64,000 nt of DNA, from assembly GCA_965661125.1 (NCBI GenBank), contig CBFICI010000005.1, forward strand, positions 42,305 through 106,304, given 5' to 3'. This document shows, piece after piece, positions 42,047 through 52,396 of the stretch; the stretch's first letter is position 1, and each line of letters begins with the position of its first letter. A program made the translations under genes and the position numbers. A model generated the notes under the pieces. It did not search any database. It saw nothing but the letters and a program-made list of their open reading frames with translations, and was not told the DNA's origin. The DNA comes from Pseudomonadales bacterium. GTDB lineage: Bacteria; Pseudomonadota; Gammaproteobacteria; Pseudomonadales; GM7GCV1.

Positions 42047-43033
42047 ATGACGGAACAAAAGAAACTGATCGACTTCATGGCGGTGCGCAAGGTGGCGGCC
42101 GTTGCCTCCATTATGCTGGTGCTGCTCTCGGTTGCTTCGCTGGCCACGCGTGGGCTGAACCTGGGCCTCGACTTTACCGGCGGTAGCCTGGTTGAACTTG
42201 AGTTCGAGACCGCGCCAGACATTGAAGCGGTGCGAGCCGAATTGGCGGCTGCAAATGTTCAGGACGTCGTGGTGGTGTTCTTCGGTGCGCAAACCGACAT
42301 TCTGATTCGTACGCGTAACCAACTGGTTCCCGATTGTGCTTCGGACGCCACCATTGCTGCGCAAGCTCAGCAGCAGGGCAGGTTGTGCGCCGACCAGGTG
42401 GTAAACGCCCTGAATGCATCCCTGGGCTCGGACGCAACCATCTTGCGGGTGGAAGCGGTTGGCCCGCAGATTGGTGAAGAACTTCGTGAAGACGGTGGTT
42501 TGGGGCTGCTGGCGGCGCTGTTGGTGGTAATGATGTACGTAACCGTGCGCTTCCAGTACAAATTTTCCATCGGTGCGGTGATTGCACTGTTCCACGACGT
42601 GCTTATCGTGCTGGGCTTGTTTTCACTGTTCTGGTGGCAGTTCGACCTGACCGTGCTGGCCGCAGTGCTTGCCGTTATCGGTTACTCGTTGAACGATACC
42701 ATTGTGGTGTACGACCGCATTCGCGAGAACTTTCGTTCGTTGCGCAGAACCGAAACTCTCGAGGCGGTAAATATCTCCTTGAATCAGACCCTCGGCCGCA
42801 CCTTGATTACCAGCTTGACCACCCTGCTGGTGCTTTTTGTGCTGTTTTTCTTTGGCGGCGAGATGATCAAGATGTTCTCTCTGGCGCTGATTCTGGGCAT
42901 TATCGTGGGAACCTACTCTTCGATCTATGTGGCGTCCAATGCCGTGCTGGCACTTAATGTGCGCAAGCAGGATTTGATTCCGCCGGAGCCCGAGGTACAG
43001 GAAGGGATCACCGAGGAAACTCCATACCGCTGA
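42047..43033 (+). CDS. secF: Protein translocase subunit SecF
   Basis: LGLDFTGG, VGPQIG.EL, HDV, GYSLNDTIVVYDRIREN, GTYSSIYVA. Confidence 0.97.
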   Translation: MTEQKKLIDFMAVRKVAAVASIMLVLLSVASLATRGLNLGLDFTGGSLVELEFETAPDIEAVRAELAAANVQDVVVVFFGAQTDILIRTRNQLVPDCASDATIAAQAQQQGRLCADQVVNALNASLGSDATILRVEAVGPQIGEELREDGGLGLLAALLVVMMYVTVRFQYKFSIGAVIALFHDVLIVLGLFSLFWWQFDLTVLAAVLAVIGYSLNDTIVVYDRIRENFRSLRRTETLEAVNISLNQTLGRTLITSLTTLLVLFVLFFFGGEMIKMFSLALILGIIVGTYSSIYVASNAVLALNVRKQDLIPPEPEVQEGITEETPYR

Positions 43034-43083
43034 GGCCTTCTGAGGGCGCAGCGCTTCGTTGTGTCCTCATTCAATATATTTAC

Positions 43084-43330
43084 GTCATCCTGAGCGATCC
43101 TGAGCGAAGCGAAAGGGAGTCGAAGGACCTTCACCCGGCTGCAGAGGCTAAAGCACAGACGCCCAGTCACTCGCAGCCCCTGTTCTCGCGACAACTCGCC
43201 CTTCGGGTTCCCGATTTCACCTGGTGCCGAAGGGCGCTTCGGAACTCGCTCGTTTCAGCCTCTGGCTGATAACTCGCTCAAACACCCTTGCGCTAATCCT
43301 TCGCCCCTGCGGCTCACTCGGCTCGTTGCT
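43084..43330. repeat. Intergenic patch of palindromic, REP-like sequence unrelated to the TCTGACCCC family
   Basis: GTCATCCTGAGCGATCCTGAGCGAAGCGAAAGGGAGTCGAAGGACCT (10-bp tandem ATCCTGAGCG); recurring (A)ACTCGC motifs; TCAGCC-TCT-GGCTGA hairpin; single locus in the window. Confidence 0.5.
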
Positions 43331-43393
43331 TGACTGCTTGAACAGGAGCTGCACGCGCCTGGGCGGCTCGCCCCGTGCCGAGCGAGGTGCAGA

Positions 43394-44203
43394 TCAGGAG
43401 TTCAAATGCCCCAGATTCTTGCGCACGATAGGCAGCATTTCTTTGAACACCTTGGGGGTAGCGCACATGATGTTGCCCGTATCCATGTACTTGTCGCCGC
43501 CATTCAAATCGCATACCAGGCCGCCGGCTTCGCGAACCAGCAGCACGCCGGCTGCCATATCCCAGGGCTTAAGGCCCATTTCGTAAAAGCCGTCATAGCG
43601 ACCTGCAGCCAGCCAGCACAGGTCCAGCGCGGCCGAGCCAAAGCGGCGTATGCCAGAGGTATGGTTGGCCAGCAAATCACGGGTGCAATCCAGGTAGGCC
43701 TGGGTATGTTCGGTGGTGGCACCGCCGAAGGGAATGCCGGTTGAGAGAAGGGCGCCTTCCAGCGACTTGCGGTCGCTAACACGCAGTTTGCGGCCATTCA
43801 GCTGTGCCCCCTGGCCGCGCGAGGCGGTGAACTCGTCGTCGCGAATTGGGTCGAGTACCAGGCCGTGCTCAAGTCTGCCCTTCACGCGACAGCCAATGGA
43901 AATGGCGAACTGGGGAATGCCGCGAATAAAATTGGTGGTGCCGTCGAGGGGATCAATAATCCATTCCACATCACTTTCGGCGTTACCGAATTCGCCTGAT
44001 TCCTCGCAGATAAAGCGGTGGTCCGGAAAGCGCTGCTTTAGCTCGTTTACCAGCACCTGTTCCACGGCGCGGTCTACCGCCGTGACAAAATCGGTGGGAG
44101 TCTTTTTTTCCACCTTGATCAGGTCGACATCGCGAAAACTGCGAATAATGATGTCGCTGGCCTTGCGGGCAGCAGCAGAAGCGACGCGAAGCATGGGTTG
44201 CAT
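43394..44203 (-). CDS. suhB: Inositol monophosphatase / Nus factor SuhB
   Basis: DFVT.VD, EE, WIIDPLDGTTNF, RRFGSAALDL, PWDMAAG. Confidence 0.95.
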   Translation of the reverse strand: MQPMLRVASAAARKASDIIIRSFRDVDLIKVEKKTPTDFVTAVDRAVEQVLVNELKQRFPDHRFICEESGEFGNAESDVEWIIDPLDGTTNFIRGIPQFAISIGCRVKGRLEHGLVLDPIRDDEFTASRGQGAQLNGRKLRVSDRKSLEGALLSTGIPFGGATTEHTQAYLDCTRDLLANHTSGIRRFGSAALDLCWLAAGRYDGFYEMGLKPWDMAAGVLLVREAGGLVCDLNGGDKYMDTGNIMCATPKVFKEMLPIVRKNLGHLNS

Positions 44204-44265
44204 GTTGATTTCCGTTGGGGCTAGTACGAGAGGGCGCGAATATTACCAGAAAGGGCGCAACCTGC

Positions 44266-45243
44266 TTAGCTGAATGCCGGGTTTTTGTGCCAGTTCCAGG
44301 CGCTGGCAACTATTTGCTCGAGGTCGGTCCAGGCCGGGCTCCAACCCAGCACCTCTTTTGCCTTGCTGCTGTCGGCCACCAGCACCGGTGGGTCGCCGGC
44401 CCGGCGATCCTGCACCTGGTAGGGAATTTCACGCCCAACCACCTGCTGCGCAGCCTGAATAACCTGCAAAACCGAAAAACCGTTGCCGTTGCCCAGGTTA
44501 AACACCTCGGCACCCGGCTTCTGCTCAAGGTATTCCAGCGCGCCCAGGTGGGCAGAGGCCAGATCGCTCACATGAATGTAGTCGCGCACGCAGGTGCCAT
44601 CTGGTGTGTTGTAGTCGTTGCCGAACACCTTGAGTTGCGGCGCATCGCCTTCTGCCATGCTTTTCAGCACATTGGGAATCAGGTGTGTTTCCGGGTTATG
44701 GGCTTCGCCAATGCGGCCTTCGGGATCGGCACCGGCGGCATTGAAGTAGCGCAGGCTGACCGACTGCATTCCGTAAGCGGCAGCATAGTCTTTCAGCATA
44801 TGCTCAACGGCCAGTTTGGTGTGGCCATAGGGGTTGATGGGTTGGGTCGGGTGACTTTCGTCAATCTGCGCGCTTTGCGGGTTGCCGTAGGTAGCGGCTG
44901 TGGAAGAGAAGATAAAGCGCCGGATACCCACCTCGCGCATTGCTTCAAGCAATCGCCAGGTTCCAAATACATTGTTTTGCCAGTATTCGGATGGTGCCTG
45001 CATGCTGACGCCCACCAGCGAAAGCGCCGAAAAGTGCATCACGGCGTCTATTTTCAGGCGGTCCAGTTCGGTTACCAGATCGTCGCTGCGGATATCGGCC
45101 CTCACAAGGTCGGTTCCCAACGCAGCCTCTGCATGGCCTGTGCTGAGGTTGTCGAGGATAGTAACCCGGTGGCCCTGCGCCAGTAGCTCGAGGCACATGT
45201 GTGAGCCAATATAGCCGGCTCCTCCGCATACAAGAACGTGCAA
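44266..45243 (-). CDS. galE: UDP-glucose 4-epimerase
   Basis: GGAGYIGSH, FSSTAATYG, YGHTK, LRYFNAAGA, DGTCVRDYIHV; probable TTG start at 45243 with GGAG RBS. Confidence 0.94.
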   Translation of the reverse strand: MHVLVCGGAGYIGSHMCLELLAQGHRVTILDNLSTGHAEAALGTDLVRADIRSDDLVTELDRLKIDAVMHFSALSLVGVSMQAPSEYWQNNVFGTWRLLEAMREVGIRRFIFSSTAATYGNPQSAQIDESHPTQPINPYGHTKLAVEHMLKDYAAAYGMQSVSLRYFNAAGADPEGRIGEAHNPETHLIPNVLKSMAEGDAPQLKVFGNDYNTPDGTCVRDYIHVSDLASAHLGALEYLEQKPGAEVFNLGNGNGFSVLQVIQAAQQVVGREIPYQVQDRRAGDPPVLVADSSKAKEVLGWSPAWTDLEQIVASAWNWHKNPAFS

Positions 45244-45344
45244 AGTATTACTCCCTTTCAGTGACTGCATTGTAACAGTCAAAGCAGGCAGAACTGTTGC
45301 ACCGGATTGACTATAATGCCGCGCTCAATTCAGCAGGTGTCAGC

Positions 45345-46082
45345 ATGTCTGATTTATTCCAGTCGGTGCGCTTTGTGCTGGTTGCTCCGGCTCAACCGGG
45401 CAATATCGGCGGCGCAGCGCGCGCAATTAAAAATATGGGTTTTTCCGACCTGGTGCTGGTGCAGCCGCAGGTTTTTCCTTCCGATCGGGCGCGGTGGCGA
45501 GCAGCCGGTGCCGCCGATGTGCTGGAGAATGCCCGGGTGGTAGACAGCTTTCAGGAGGCCATCGCCGACTGCCACCTTGCGGTGGGGACCAGTGCACGTG
45601 AACGGCGAATTCCCTGGCCGCTGATCGACCCGCGGCGCTGCGGCAATGAACTGGCCGGGGAGGCTGTGCGCGGCAGGGTGGCACTGGTGTTTGGCCGCGA
45701 GGACTCGGGGCTGACCAACGAGGAGCTGCAGCAGTGCCAGATGCACGTGCATATTCCCACTTCGCCCGACTATTCCTCGCTCAACCTGAGCGCCGCGGTA
45801 CAGGTACTTGCCTACGAGATGCGCCGGGGCTTACTCGACCTGGACAACGGACCGCTGGAATACGGCGATGGCAGCGATGAACCGCCGGCAACTGCGCAGG
45901 ATCTGGAGAACATGCTTATCCACTTCGAGCAGGTGATGCAGCGCAGCGGTTTTCTCGAGCCAGACAACCCTCGCCAGACAGTCACTCGCCTGCGGCGAAT
46001 GATTAACCGCATCCGTCCCGACCGCGCCGAGGTGGCCATATTGCGCGGATTTCTTGCCTCGGTGGACAAAAAGTTACCCTGA
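45345..46082 (+). CDS. trmJ: tRNA C32/U32 2'-O-methyltransferase TrmJ
   Basis: PGNIGGAARAIKNMG, VFGREDSGLTNEEL, YSSLNL. Confidence 0.93.
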   Translation: MSDLFQSVRFVLVAPAQPGNIGGAARAIKNMGFSDLVLVQPQVFPSDRARWRAAGAADVLENARVVDSFQEAIADCHLAVGTSARERRIPWPLIDPRRCGNELAGEAVRGRVALVFGREDSGLTNEELQQCQMHVHIPTSPDYSSLNLSAAVQVLAYEMRRGLLDLDNGPLEYGDGSDEPPATAQDLENMLIHFEQVMQRSGFLEPDNPRQTVTRLRRMINRIRPDRAEVAILRGFLASVDKKLP

Positions 46083-46087
46083 TCGCA

Positions 46088-46120
46088 ATACTTGACTAAA
46101 ATAGTCGGAATTAAGATAAT
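46088..46120 (+). promoter_or_regulatory. IscR type-1 operator overlapping the isc promoter
   Basis: ATACTTGACTAAAATAGTCGGAATT matches the GACT-N5-AGTC type-1 site; TTGACT-N17-GATAAT promoter. Confidence 0.85.
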
Positions 46121-46147
46121 ATCGCCATCACCTCTTGAGGCAGTGAC

Positions 46148-46621
46148 ATGCGTCTAACCACTAAAGGCCGATATGCAGTAACCGCCATGCTCGATTTGGC
46201 GATTCATGGCAAGGGTGCTCCGGTTAGCCTGGCCGACATTTCCGACCGTCAGGGTATTTCCCTGTCCTACCTGGAGCAGCTTTTTTCCAAGCTGCGCCAG
46301 AGCAAGCTGGTGGAAAGCGTGCGCGGTCCGGGCGGAGGCTATCGCCTGGCTCGCGAAACCATTGATATCTCCATTGCGGAAATTATTGCCGCGGTAAACG
46401 AGACCATCGATGCCACCAGTTGCGCTGGAGACGGCGGTTGTCAGGCCGGAGACATGTGTTTAACGCATCACCTGTGGGAAGACCTTAGCGGCCAGATTCG
46501 CCACTTCCTTAATGGCATCAGCCTGGCCGATTTGATGGCTCGCAAGGATGTAATCAGCATCAGCCGTCGTCAGGAGGCGGTGGCAGAAGACCGAATTAAC
46601 GTGCGAACAGCCATTCTCTGA
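46148..46621 (+). CDS. iscR: Fe-S cluster assembly regulator IscR
   Basis: [18 protein letters not shown], three Cys plus LTHHLW. Confidence 0.97.
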   Translation: MRLTTKGRYAVTAMLDLAIHGKGAPVSLADISDRQGISLSYLEQLFSKLRQSKLVESVRGPGGGYRLARETIDISIAEIIAAVNETIDATSCAGDGGCQAGDMCLTHHLWEDLSGQIRHFLNGISLADLMARKDVISISRRQEAVAEDRINVRTAIL

Positions 46622-46648
46622 CGCACAAACAAAACATTAGGAGTATTG

Positions 46649-47863
46649 ATGAAAACGCCGATTTATCTGGATTATGCAGCGACTACACCGGTTGACCCTC
46701 GCGTTGCAGAGGCCATGTGCGCCTGCCTGACTCCCGACGGAAATTTTGGTAACCCGGCCTCGCGCTCCCACCTGTTTGGTTGGGAGGCCGAGGAAGCGGT
46801 CGAAACCGCGCGTAAAAACGTGGCCAGCCTGATTAACGCCGACCCGCGAGAAATTGTCTGGACATCCGGCGCCACCGAATCGAACAACCTTGCTATCAAG
46901 GGCGTGGCGCACTTCAATCAGAAACGCGGCAAGCACATTATTACCTCGAAGATCGAGCATAAAGCGGTGCTGGACACCTGTCGGCAGCTCGAGCGCGAGG
47001 GCTTTGAAGTGACCTACATGGTGCCGGATGCCAATGGTGTGGTAACGCCGGAAGCGCTGCAAAGCGCCATTCGTGAAGACACCACGGTGGTGTCGCTGAT
47101 GCAGGTGAACAACGAGCTGGGCACCCTCAACGACATCGGCGCCCTTGGCGCAGTTTGCCGTGAACACAGGGTGTTTTTTCATGTCGATGCAGCCCAGTCG
47201 GCCGGCAAATTGCCGATTGATGTCGAGGCGATGAACATCGATCTGATGTCCTTTTCCGGCCACAAGATTTATGGCCCCAAAGGCATTGGCGCGCTTTATG
47301 TGCGCCGCAAGCCGCGGGTGCGGCTGGAAGCCCAGATGCACGGCGGTGGCCACGAGCGTGGTATGCGTTCCGGCACCCTGGCTACCCACCAAATTGTGGG
47401 CATGGGCGAAGCGTTCCGCATTGCCGGTGAGCAGATGCAGCAAGACCTGGAACATGTGAAGGCCCTGCGCAAGCGACTGATGGACGGTCTCGAAAGCATT
47501 GAGGAAATCAAGCTGAACGGTCACCCCGAGCAAAACTACCCGGGCATCCTGAACGTTAGCTTTGCCTTCGTAGAGGGCGAGTCGCTGTTGATGGCGCTCA
47601 AAGATATGGCGGTTTCATCCGGTTCGGCCTGTACCTCGGCCAGCCTCGAACCCTCCTATGTGCTGCGCGCGCTGGGGCTGAACGACGAGCTGGCGCACAG
47701 TTCCATCCGCTTCAGTATCGGTCGCTTCAGCACCGAAGAAGAAATTGACTACGTAATCGCCAAGGTCGGCAATGCCGTCGAGCGTTTGCGTGAAATGTCC
47801 CCGCTTTGGGATATGTTCAAAGAGGGAATTGATCTTTCCACCGTTGAATGGGCTGCCCACTAA
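46649..47863 (+). CDS. iscS: Cysteine desulfurase IscS
   Basis: [32 protein letters not shown]. Confidence 0.97.
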   Translation: MKTPIYLDYAATTPVDPRVAEAMCACLTPDGNFGNPASRSHLFGWEAEEAVETARKNVASLINADPREIVWTSGATESNNLAIKGVAHFNQKRGKHIITSKIEHKAVLDTCRQLEREGFEVTYMVPDANGVVTPEALQSAIREDTTVVSLMQVNNELGTLNDIGALGAVCREHRVFFHVDAAQSAGKLPIDVEAMNIDLMSFSGHKIYGPKGIGALYVRRKPRVRLEAQMHGGGHERGMRSGTLATHQIVGMGEAFRIAGEQMQQDLEHVKALRKRLMDGLESIEEIKLNGHPEQNYPGILNVSFAFVEGESLLMALKDMAVSSGSACTSASLEPSYVLRALGLNDELAHSSIRFSIGRFSTEEEIDYVIAKVGNAVERLREMSPLWDMFKEGIDLSTVEWAAH

Positions 47864-47890
47864 CGCAGGTTGTCCAGAGGAGATAGAAGT

Positions 47891-48292
47891 ATGGCCTACA
47901 CAGAAAAAGTTATTGATCACTATGAAAACCCGCGCAATGTTGGCCGTTTGAACGACGGCGATGCCAATGTGGGTACCGGCATGGTCGGGGCGCCGGCCTG
48001 CGGTGACGTGATGCGCCTGCAAATACAGGTGGACGACAAGGGCATCATTCAGGATGCCAAGTTCAAAACCTACGGCTGCGGTTCGGCCATTGCGTCCAGC
48101 TCGCTGCTTACCGAGTGGGTGAAGGGCATGTCGGTAGACGACGCCGCCAACATCAAGAACACGCAAATTGCCGAAGAGCTCTCCCTGCCGCCGGTGAAGA
48201 TTCACTGCTCCGTGCTGGCTGAAGACGCCATCAAGGCAGCGGTGAAAGACTTGCGCGAAAAGCGCGGTGAGAAACTGGAACAGGCCAGCTAA
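47891..48292 (+). CDS. iscU: Fe-S scaffold IscU
   Basis: [35 protein letters not shown]. Confidence 0.97.
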   Translation: MAYTEKVIDHYENPRNVGRLNDGDANVGTGMVGAPACGDVMRLQIQVDDKGIIQDAKFKTYGCGSAIASSSLLTEWVKGMSVDDAANIKNTQIAEELSLPPVKIHCSVLAEDAIKAAVKDLREKRGEKLEQAS

Positions 48293-48615
48293 TGGGTGTG
48301 TCTGTTACCGAAGCCGCAGCCACTCACGTGGGGCGGCAATTGGAAAAGCGTGGCAAGGGGCAGGGTATTCGCCTGGGTGTTCGAACCTCCGGCTGTTCCG
48401 GCTTTTCCTACGTGCTCGAGTTTGTAGATGAAGCACAGGCCGACGACGAGGTGTTCGAAAGCCACGGCGTGCGCATCTATGTCGATCCCAAAAGCCTGAT
48501 TTACCTGGATGGCACCGAGCTCGATTTCGTGCGTGAAGGGGTAAACGAAGGGCTTGCCTTCAATAATCCCAACGTCACCGGCGAGTGCGGTTGCGGCGAA
48601 AGCTTCAACGTGTAA
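48292..48615 (+). CDS. iscA: Fe-S carrier IscA
   Basis: SGCSG, CGCGESF. Confidence 0.96.
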   Translation: MGVSVTEAAATHVGRQLEKRGKGQGIRLGVRTSGCSGFSYVLEFVDEAQADDEVFESHGVRIYVDPKSLIYLDGTELDFVREGVNEGLAFNNPNVTGECGCGESFNV

Positions 48616-48690
48616 GCTGCCTGCCGCCAGAGGTTCAACCCGCCAGGTTGAGCGCTGGCCCACACAGGAAAGCTTTGCGAGGAAAATTTC

Positions 48691-49224
48691 TTGTCTAGTG
48701 CCAAGCAAAACTGGTTTCAATGGTTCGAGCTCGAGCCCGCTTTTCAGCTGGATATCGACGCGCTGCGCGGTCGATACCTCGAGTTGCAGCGCCAGCTGCA
48801 TCCCGATCAGGCCGCCTCGCGCGGTGAATCGGCAGCGGCCGCGGTGCGCGCCAACAGCCAGTTAAACGATGCCTGGGATACGCTGTGCAACCCGGTGCGA
48901 CGCGCCATATACCTGCTGCAGCTGGCAGGGCACAACTACGACCCCGACCGACAAACCCAGCAGGATATGGGCTATCTGGTTGAGCAGATGAACCTGCGCG
49001 AGCAGCTTGCCGTTTTAAGCGCGGCACAGGAAGATGCGCAGGAACAGCTAGACAGCCTGCGCGAGCGAGCCGAGAGCGAACTCGAGCAATACGGCCAGCA
49101 ATTCGAGCAGGCCTGGAAAAATTTCGATTACGAATCGGCCGGCCTCTTTATAGGTCGCATGATGTTTGCGCAAAAACTGGAGCGGGATGTGAACGACCGC
49201 GAAGAGGAACTGTTCGACCTATGA
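48691..49224 (+). CDS. hscB: Co-chaperone HscB
   Basis: J-domain with HPD, L.NPV.RA.YLL; operon position; TTG start. Confidence 0.93.
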   Translation: MSSAKQNWFQWFELEPAFQLDIDALRGRYLELQRQLHPDQAASRGESAAAAVRANSQLNDAWDTLCNPVRRAIYLLQLAGHNYDPDRQTQQDMGYLVEQMNLREQLAVLSAAQEDAQEQLDSLRERAESELEQYGQQFEQAWKNFDYESAGLFIGRMMFAQKLERDVNDREEELFDL

Positions 49225-51083
49225 GCCTGCTGCAAATTTCCGAACCCGGTCAGTCGCCCGAACCGCACCAGCACAAGCTGGCGGTGGGCATCGACCTGGG
49301 CACCAGTAACTCGGTGGTTGCCAGTGTTCGCCAGGGCGATGTGCAAACCCTGGCCGACAGCGAAGGCCGCGATTTACTGCCTTCGGTTGTCAGCTACAGC
49401 GGGCAGCAGGTCAGGGTGGGTTATGAAGCGGCAGAACTTCTGATGCAGGACGGCGATGCTTGCCTGCAGTCGGTGAAGCGATTCATGGGCAAAAATCGCG
49501 CCGATTTCGAGCAGCCGGATTTGCTCAATGTCACACTCGACCCCAAGGCCGAAGATGCCCGCATGTTGGTGGGCGGCCGTTCGGTGTCGCCGGTTGAGGC
49601 CAGTGCGCGAATTCTTGAAGCGCTGGTAGAACGCGCAGAAGAGCAGTTGCGAGGCGATATCGATGGCGCGGTGATCACGGTGCCGGCCTATTTTGATGAC
49701 GCCCAGCGACAGGCCACCAAGGATGCCGCGACTCTGGCCGGTCTAAAGGTGCTTCGCCTGCTGAACGAACCCACTGCAGCGGCCCTGGCTTACGGTCTGG
49801 ATGAGGGTACTGAAAACGAAAGCCTGATTGCCGTTTACGACCTGGGCGGCGGAACCTTTGATATTTCCATTCTGCGTTTGCATCAGGGAGTATTCGAAGT
49901 GCTGGCAACCGGTGGCAATGCGGCGTTGGGCGGCGACGACCTGGATGCCGTCATTGCCGACTGGGTACTACAGCAGGCCGGGCAAAGCAGCTTGCAGGTT
50001 GCCCAGCGGCGCCAGTTGCTGCTGCATTGCCGACGCGCCAAGGAGCAGCTAGCCGAACAGGAAACCGCGCAAATCGAGTGGCAGGGCGCCAGACACGAGC
50101 TTGCCCGCGACCTGTTCGAATCATTATTGAAGCCTCTGGTTGAGCAAACATTGCGCAGCTGTCGCCGGGCCCTGCGCGATGCTGGCTTGAAGGCCACCGA
50201 TATTGCCACGGTGGTGATGGTTGGCGGTTCTACCCGGGCGTTCGGCTTAAAAAGCCAGGTAGAAGCCTTTTTCAAAGCGCCCGCCATGGCAGATATCGAC
50301 CCCGACCGGGTGGTTGCCCTGGGTGCTGCACAGCAGGCCGACATACTGATAGGCAACCGAACGGCCCAGGGCGCTCTGCTGCTGGACGTGGTGCCGCTAT
50401 CGCTTGGCATTGAAACCATGGGCGGGCTTACCGAGAAAATTGTTCACCGCAACACCACCATCCCGGTGGCGCGCGCGCAGGAATTTACCACCTACCGCGA
50501 CGGCCAAACCGGCATGCAATTGCATGTGGTTCAGGGCGAACGCGAGTTGGTGGAAGACTGCCGTTCGCTGGCCCGATTTGAGCTTAAGGGCATTCCTCCC
50601 ATGGTGGCGGGCGCAGCCCGAATTCGCGTGCAATTTCAGGTGGACGCCGATGGACTGCTGTCGGTTGCTGCCGAGGAAACCACCACAGGGGCTCGCGCCG
50701 AAATTGAGGTAAAACCCTCCTATGGCCTGCAGGAAGAGGATATTGCCAATATGCTGAAAGACTCTTTCGAGCATGCGGGTGACGATATGGCCAACCGCAC
50801 CAAACGCGAAACCCAGGTGGAGGCAACCGGGCTTGTGGAAGCGCTGCAGGCGGCACTGGAAAAAGACGGCCAGCGGTTGCTGGACAACGACGAGCGCGAA
50901 GTGATGCAGGCGGCCGTGGGCAAGCTGAAAAGCATGGTGGAGAAGGCTAGCCCGCGAGACCTGCAGTGCGAGATAGAACATGTTGGCAAGCTGAGTGAGG
51001 CTTTTGCCGCCAGACGTATGGACCAGAGTGTGCGCGAAGCGCTTTCTGGTCATGATATTGAAGAATTTTCGACCGAATCCTGA
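49221..51083 (+). CDS. hscA: Fe-S chaperone HscA
   Basis: [31 protein letters not shown]. Confidence 0.96.
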   Translation: MSLLQISEPGQSPEPHQHKLAVGIDLGTSNSVVASVRQGDVQTLADSEGRDLLPSVVSYSGQQVRVGYEAAELLMQDGDACLQSVKRFMGKNRADFEQPDLLNVTLDPKAEDARMLVGGRSVSPVEASARILEALVERAEEQLRGDIDGAVITVPAYFDDAQRQATKDAATLAGLKVLRLLNEPTAAALAYGLDEGTENESLIAVYDLGGGTFDISILRLHQGVFEVLATGGNAALGGDDLDAVIADWVLQQAGQSSLQVAQRRQLLLHCRRAKEQLAEQETAQIEWQGARHELARDLFESLLKPLVEQTLRSCRRALRDAGLKATDIATVVMVGGSTRAFGLKSQVEAFFKAPAMADIDPDRVVALGAAQQADILIGNRTAQGALLLDVVPLSLGIETMGGLTEKIVHRNTTIPVARAQEFTTYRDGQTGMQLHVVQGERELVEDCRSLARFELKGIPPMVAGAARIRVQFQVDADGLLSVAAEETTTGARAEIEVKPSYGLQEEDIANMLKDSFEHAGDDMANRTKRETQVEATGLVEALQAALEKDGQRLLDNDEREVMQAAVGKLKSMVEKASPRDLQCEIEHVGKLSEAFAARRMDQSVREALSGHDIEEFSTES

Positions 51084-51094
51084 GAGAGACCCGC

Positions 51095-51433
51095 ATGCCC
51101 CGACTTGTTTTTTTGCCGCACGAAAGCATCTGCCCCGAGGGCGCGGTAATTGAAGCCGAACCCGGCACCAGTATTTGCCGCGCCGCCCTGGACAACGGCA
51201 TTGATATAGAGCACGCCTGCGAAATGTCCTGTGCCTGCACCACCTGCCATGTGCATGTGCGCGAAGGCGGTGAGTCGTTGCAGCCCTCCGACGAGCTCGA
51301 AGACGACTTCCTCGACAAGGCCTGGGGCCTTGATGTGGACTCGCGCCTGAGTTGTCAGGCCCTTGTGGCGGATGAAGATCTGGTGATCGAAATCCCCAAA
51401 TACACCATCAATATGGTTTCCGAGAACCACTAG
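51095..51433 (+). CDS. fdx: ISC 2Fe-2S ferredoxin
   Basis: HACEMSCACTTCHV, SRLSCQ. Confidence 0.96.
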   Translation: MPRLVFLPHESICPEGAVIEAEPGTSICRAALDNGIDIEHACEMSCACTTCHVHVREGGESLQPSDELEDDFLDKAWGLDVDSRLSCQALVADEDLVIEIPKYTINMVSENH

Positions 51434-51478
51434 GCGCCCGCTTTGCGAGCGCCTTGCAAACTACTTCAGGAGATTGCT

Positions 51479-51673
51479 ATGCGCTGGACAGACGTGCAGG
51501 ACATTGCCATCGAGTTGGCCGACACTTACCCCGATGAAGATCCTCTCACCATCGGTTTTGTTGAACTGCACAAGCGGGTGTTGGCCTTGCCCGGCTTCGA
51601 TGACGACCCGCAGCGCAGTAGCGAAAAAATTCTTGAAGCGATCCAAATGACCTGGATCGAAGAAATGGATTAG
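51479..51673 (+). CDS. iscX: IscX
   Basis: WTDVQDIAIEL, FDDDP, EKILEAIQ..WIEE. Confidence 0.94.
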   Translation: MRWTDVQDIAIELADTYPDEDPLTIGFVELHKRVLALPGFDDDPQRSSEKILEAIQMTWIEEMD

Positions 51674-51710
51674 TTCTTCTGGCAGCTGGCTTTTCGAAGC
51701 AATCTTGAGC

Positions 51711-51810
51711 CAGACACCCTGCGGGTGTCAGACCCGATCGAACCGAAGCAGTCCCGGGTTGCGCACGCCAGGCTGAAGTGTCTGATTCCGGCGTAGCCGG
51801 TGTCTGACAC
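51711..51810. repeat. Degenerate inverted pair related to the TCTGAC hairpin repeat family
   Basis: CAGACACCC-TGC-GGGTGTCAGAC (51711-51733) and AAGTGTCTGATT-CCGGC-GTA-GCCGG-TGTCTGACAC (51776-51810). Confidence 0.55.
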
Positions 51811-51951
51811 ACAGCCCGCTTTCAGCCAGTTCCGGGCTCCAATCGCCACTACCAAAGCGCCGCGCACACAAGTACAATCCGCGCCTTGTAATTCCCTTCC
51901 ATTGCGGAGCAATTTTCCGCGCCAAGTCATTGTTTATTCGGAGAAGTTTTA

Positions 51952-52380
51952 ATGGCAACAGAACGTACCCTGAGCATAATCAAGCCCGATGCCGTGGCCA
52001 AGAATGTAATTGGCGATATCGTCAGCCGCTTTGAAAAAGCGGGCCTGCAGGTTGTGGCTCAAAAAATGCTTCAACTCGATGCCGCGTTGGCCGGTGGTTT
52101 TTACGCCGAGCACGAGGGGCGACCCTTCTACAACGATCTGGTGGCCTTTATGACTTCTGGCCCGGTTGTTGTGCAGGTGCTCGAGGGTGAGAACGCCATT
52201 GCCCGCAACCGCGAGTTGATGGGCGCAACCAACCCGCAGGAGGCCGCGCCAGGCACCATTCGCGCCGACTTCGCCAACTCCATCGACGCCAACGCGGTGC
52301 ACGGTTCTGATTCGCCCGAGTCAGCCGCACGCGAAGTGAGCTATTTCTTCAAAGACGGGGAGATCTGTCCGCGCGGCTAA
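51952..52380 (+). CDS. ndk: Nucleoside diphosphate kinase
   Basis: [20 protein letters not shown]. Confidence 0.97.
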   Translation: MATERTLSIIKPDAVAKNVIGDIVSRFEKAGLQVVAQKMLQLDAALAGGFYAEHEGRPFYNDLVAFMTSGPVVVQVLEGENAIARNRELMGATNPQEAAPGTIRADFANSIDANAVHGSDSPESAAREVSYFFKDGEICPRG

Positions 52381-52396
52381 GCCGTCGGGCATTGCC

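Noticed and set aside
43224-43586. 120-aa ORF spanning the secF-suhB gap
   Set aside because: Derived from palindromic sequence and antisense to the suhB 3' end; no family features.
44215-45186. Long antisense ORFs (also 9235-10125, 46637-47533, 57260-58381, 61564-62430)
   Set aside because: Shadow frames of conserved genes in GC-rich DNA, with no recognisable motifs.
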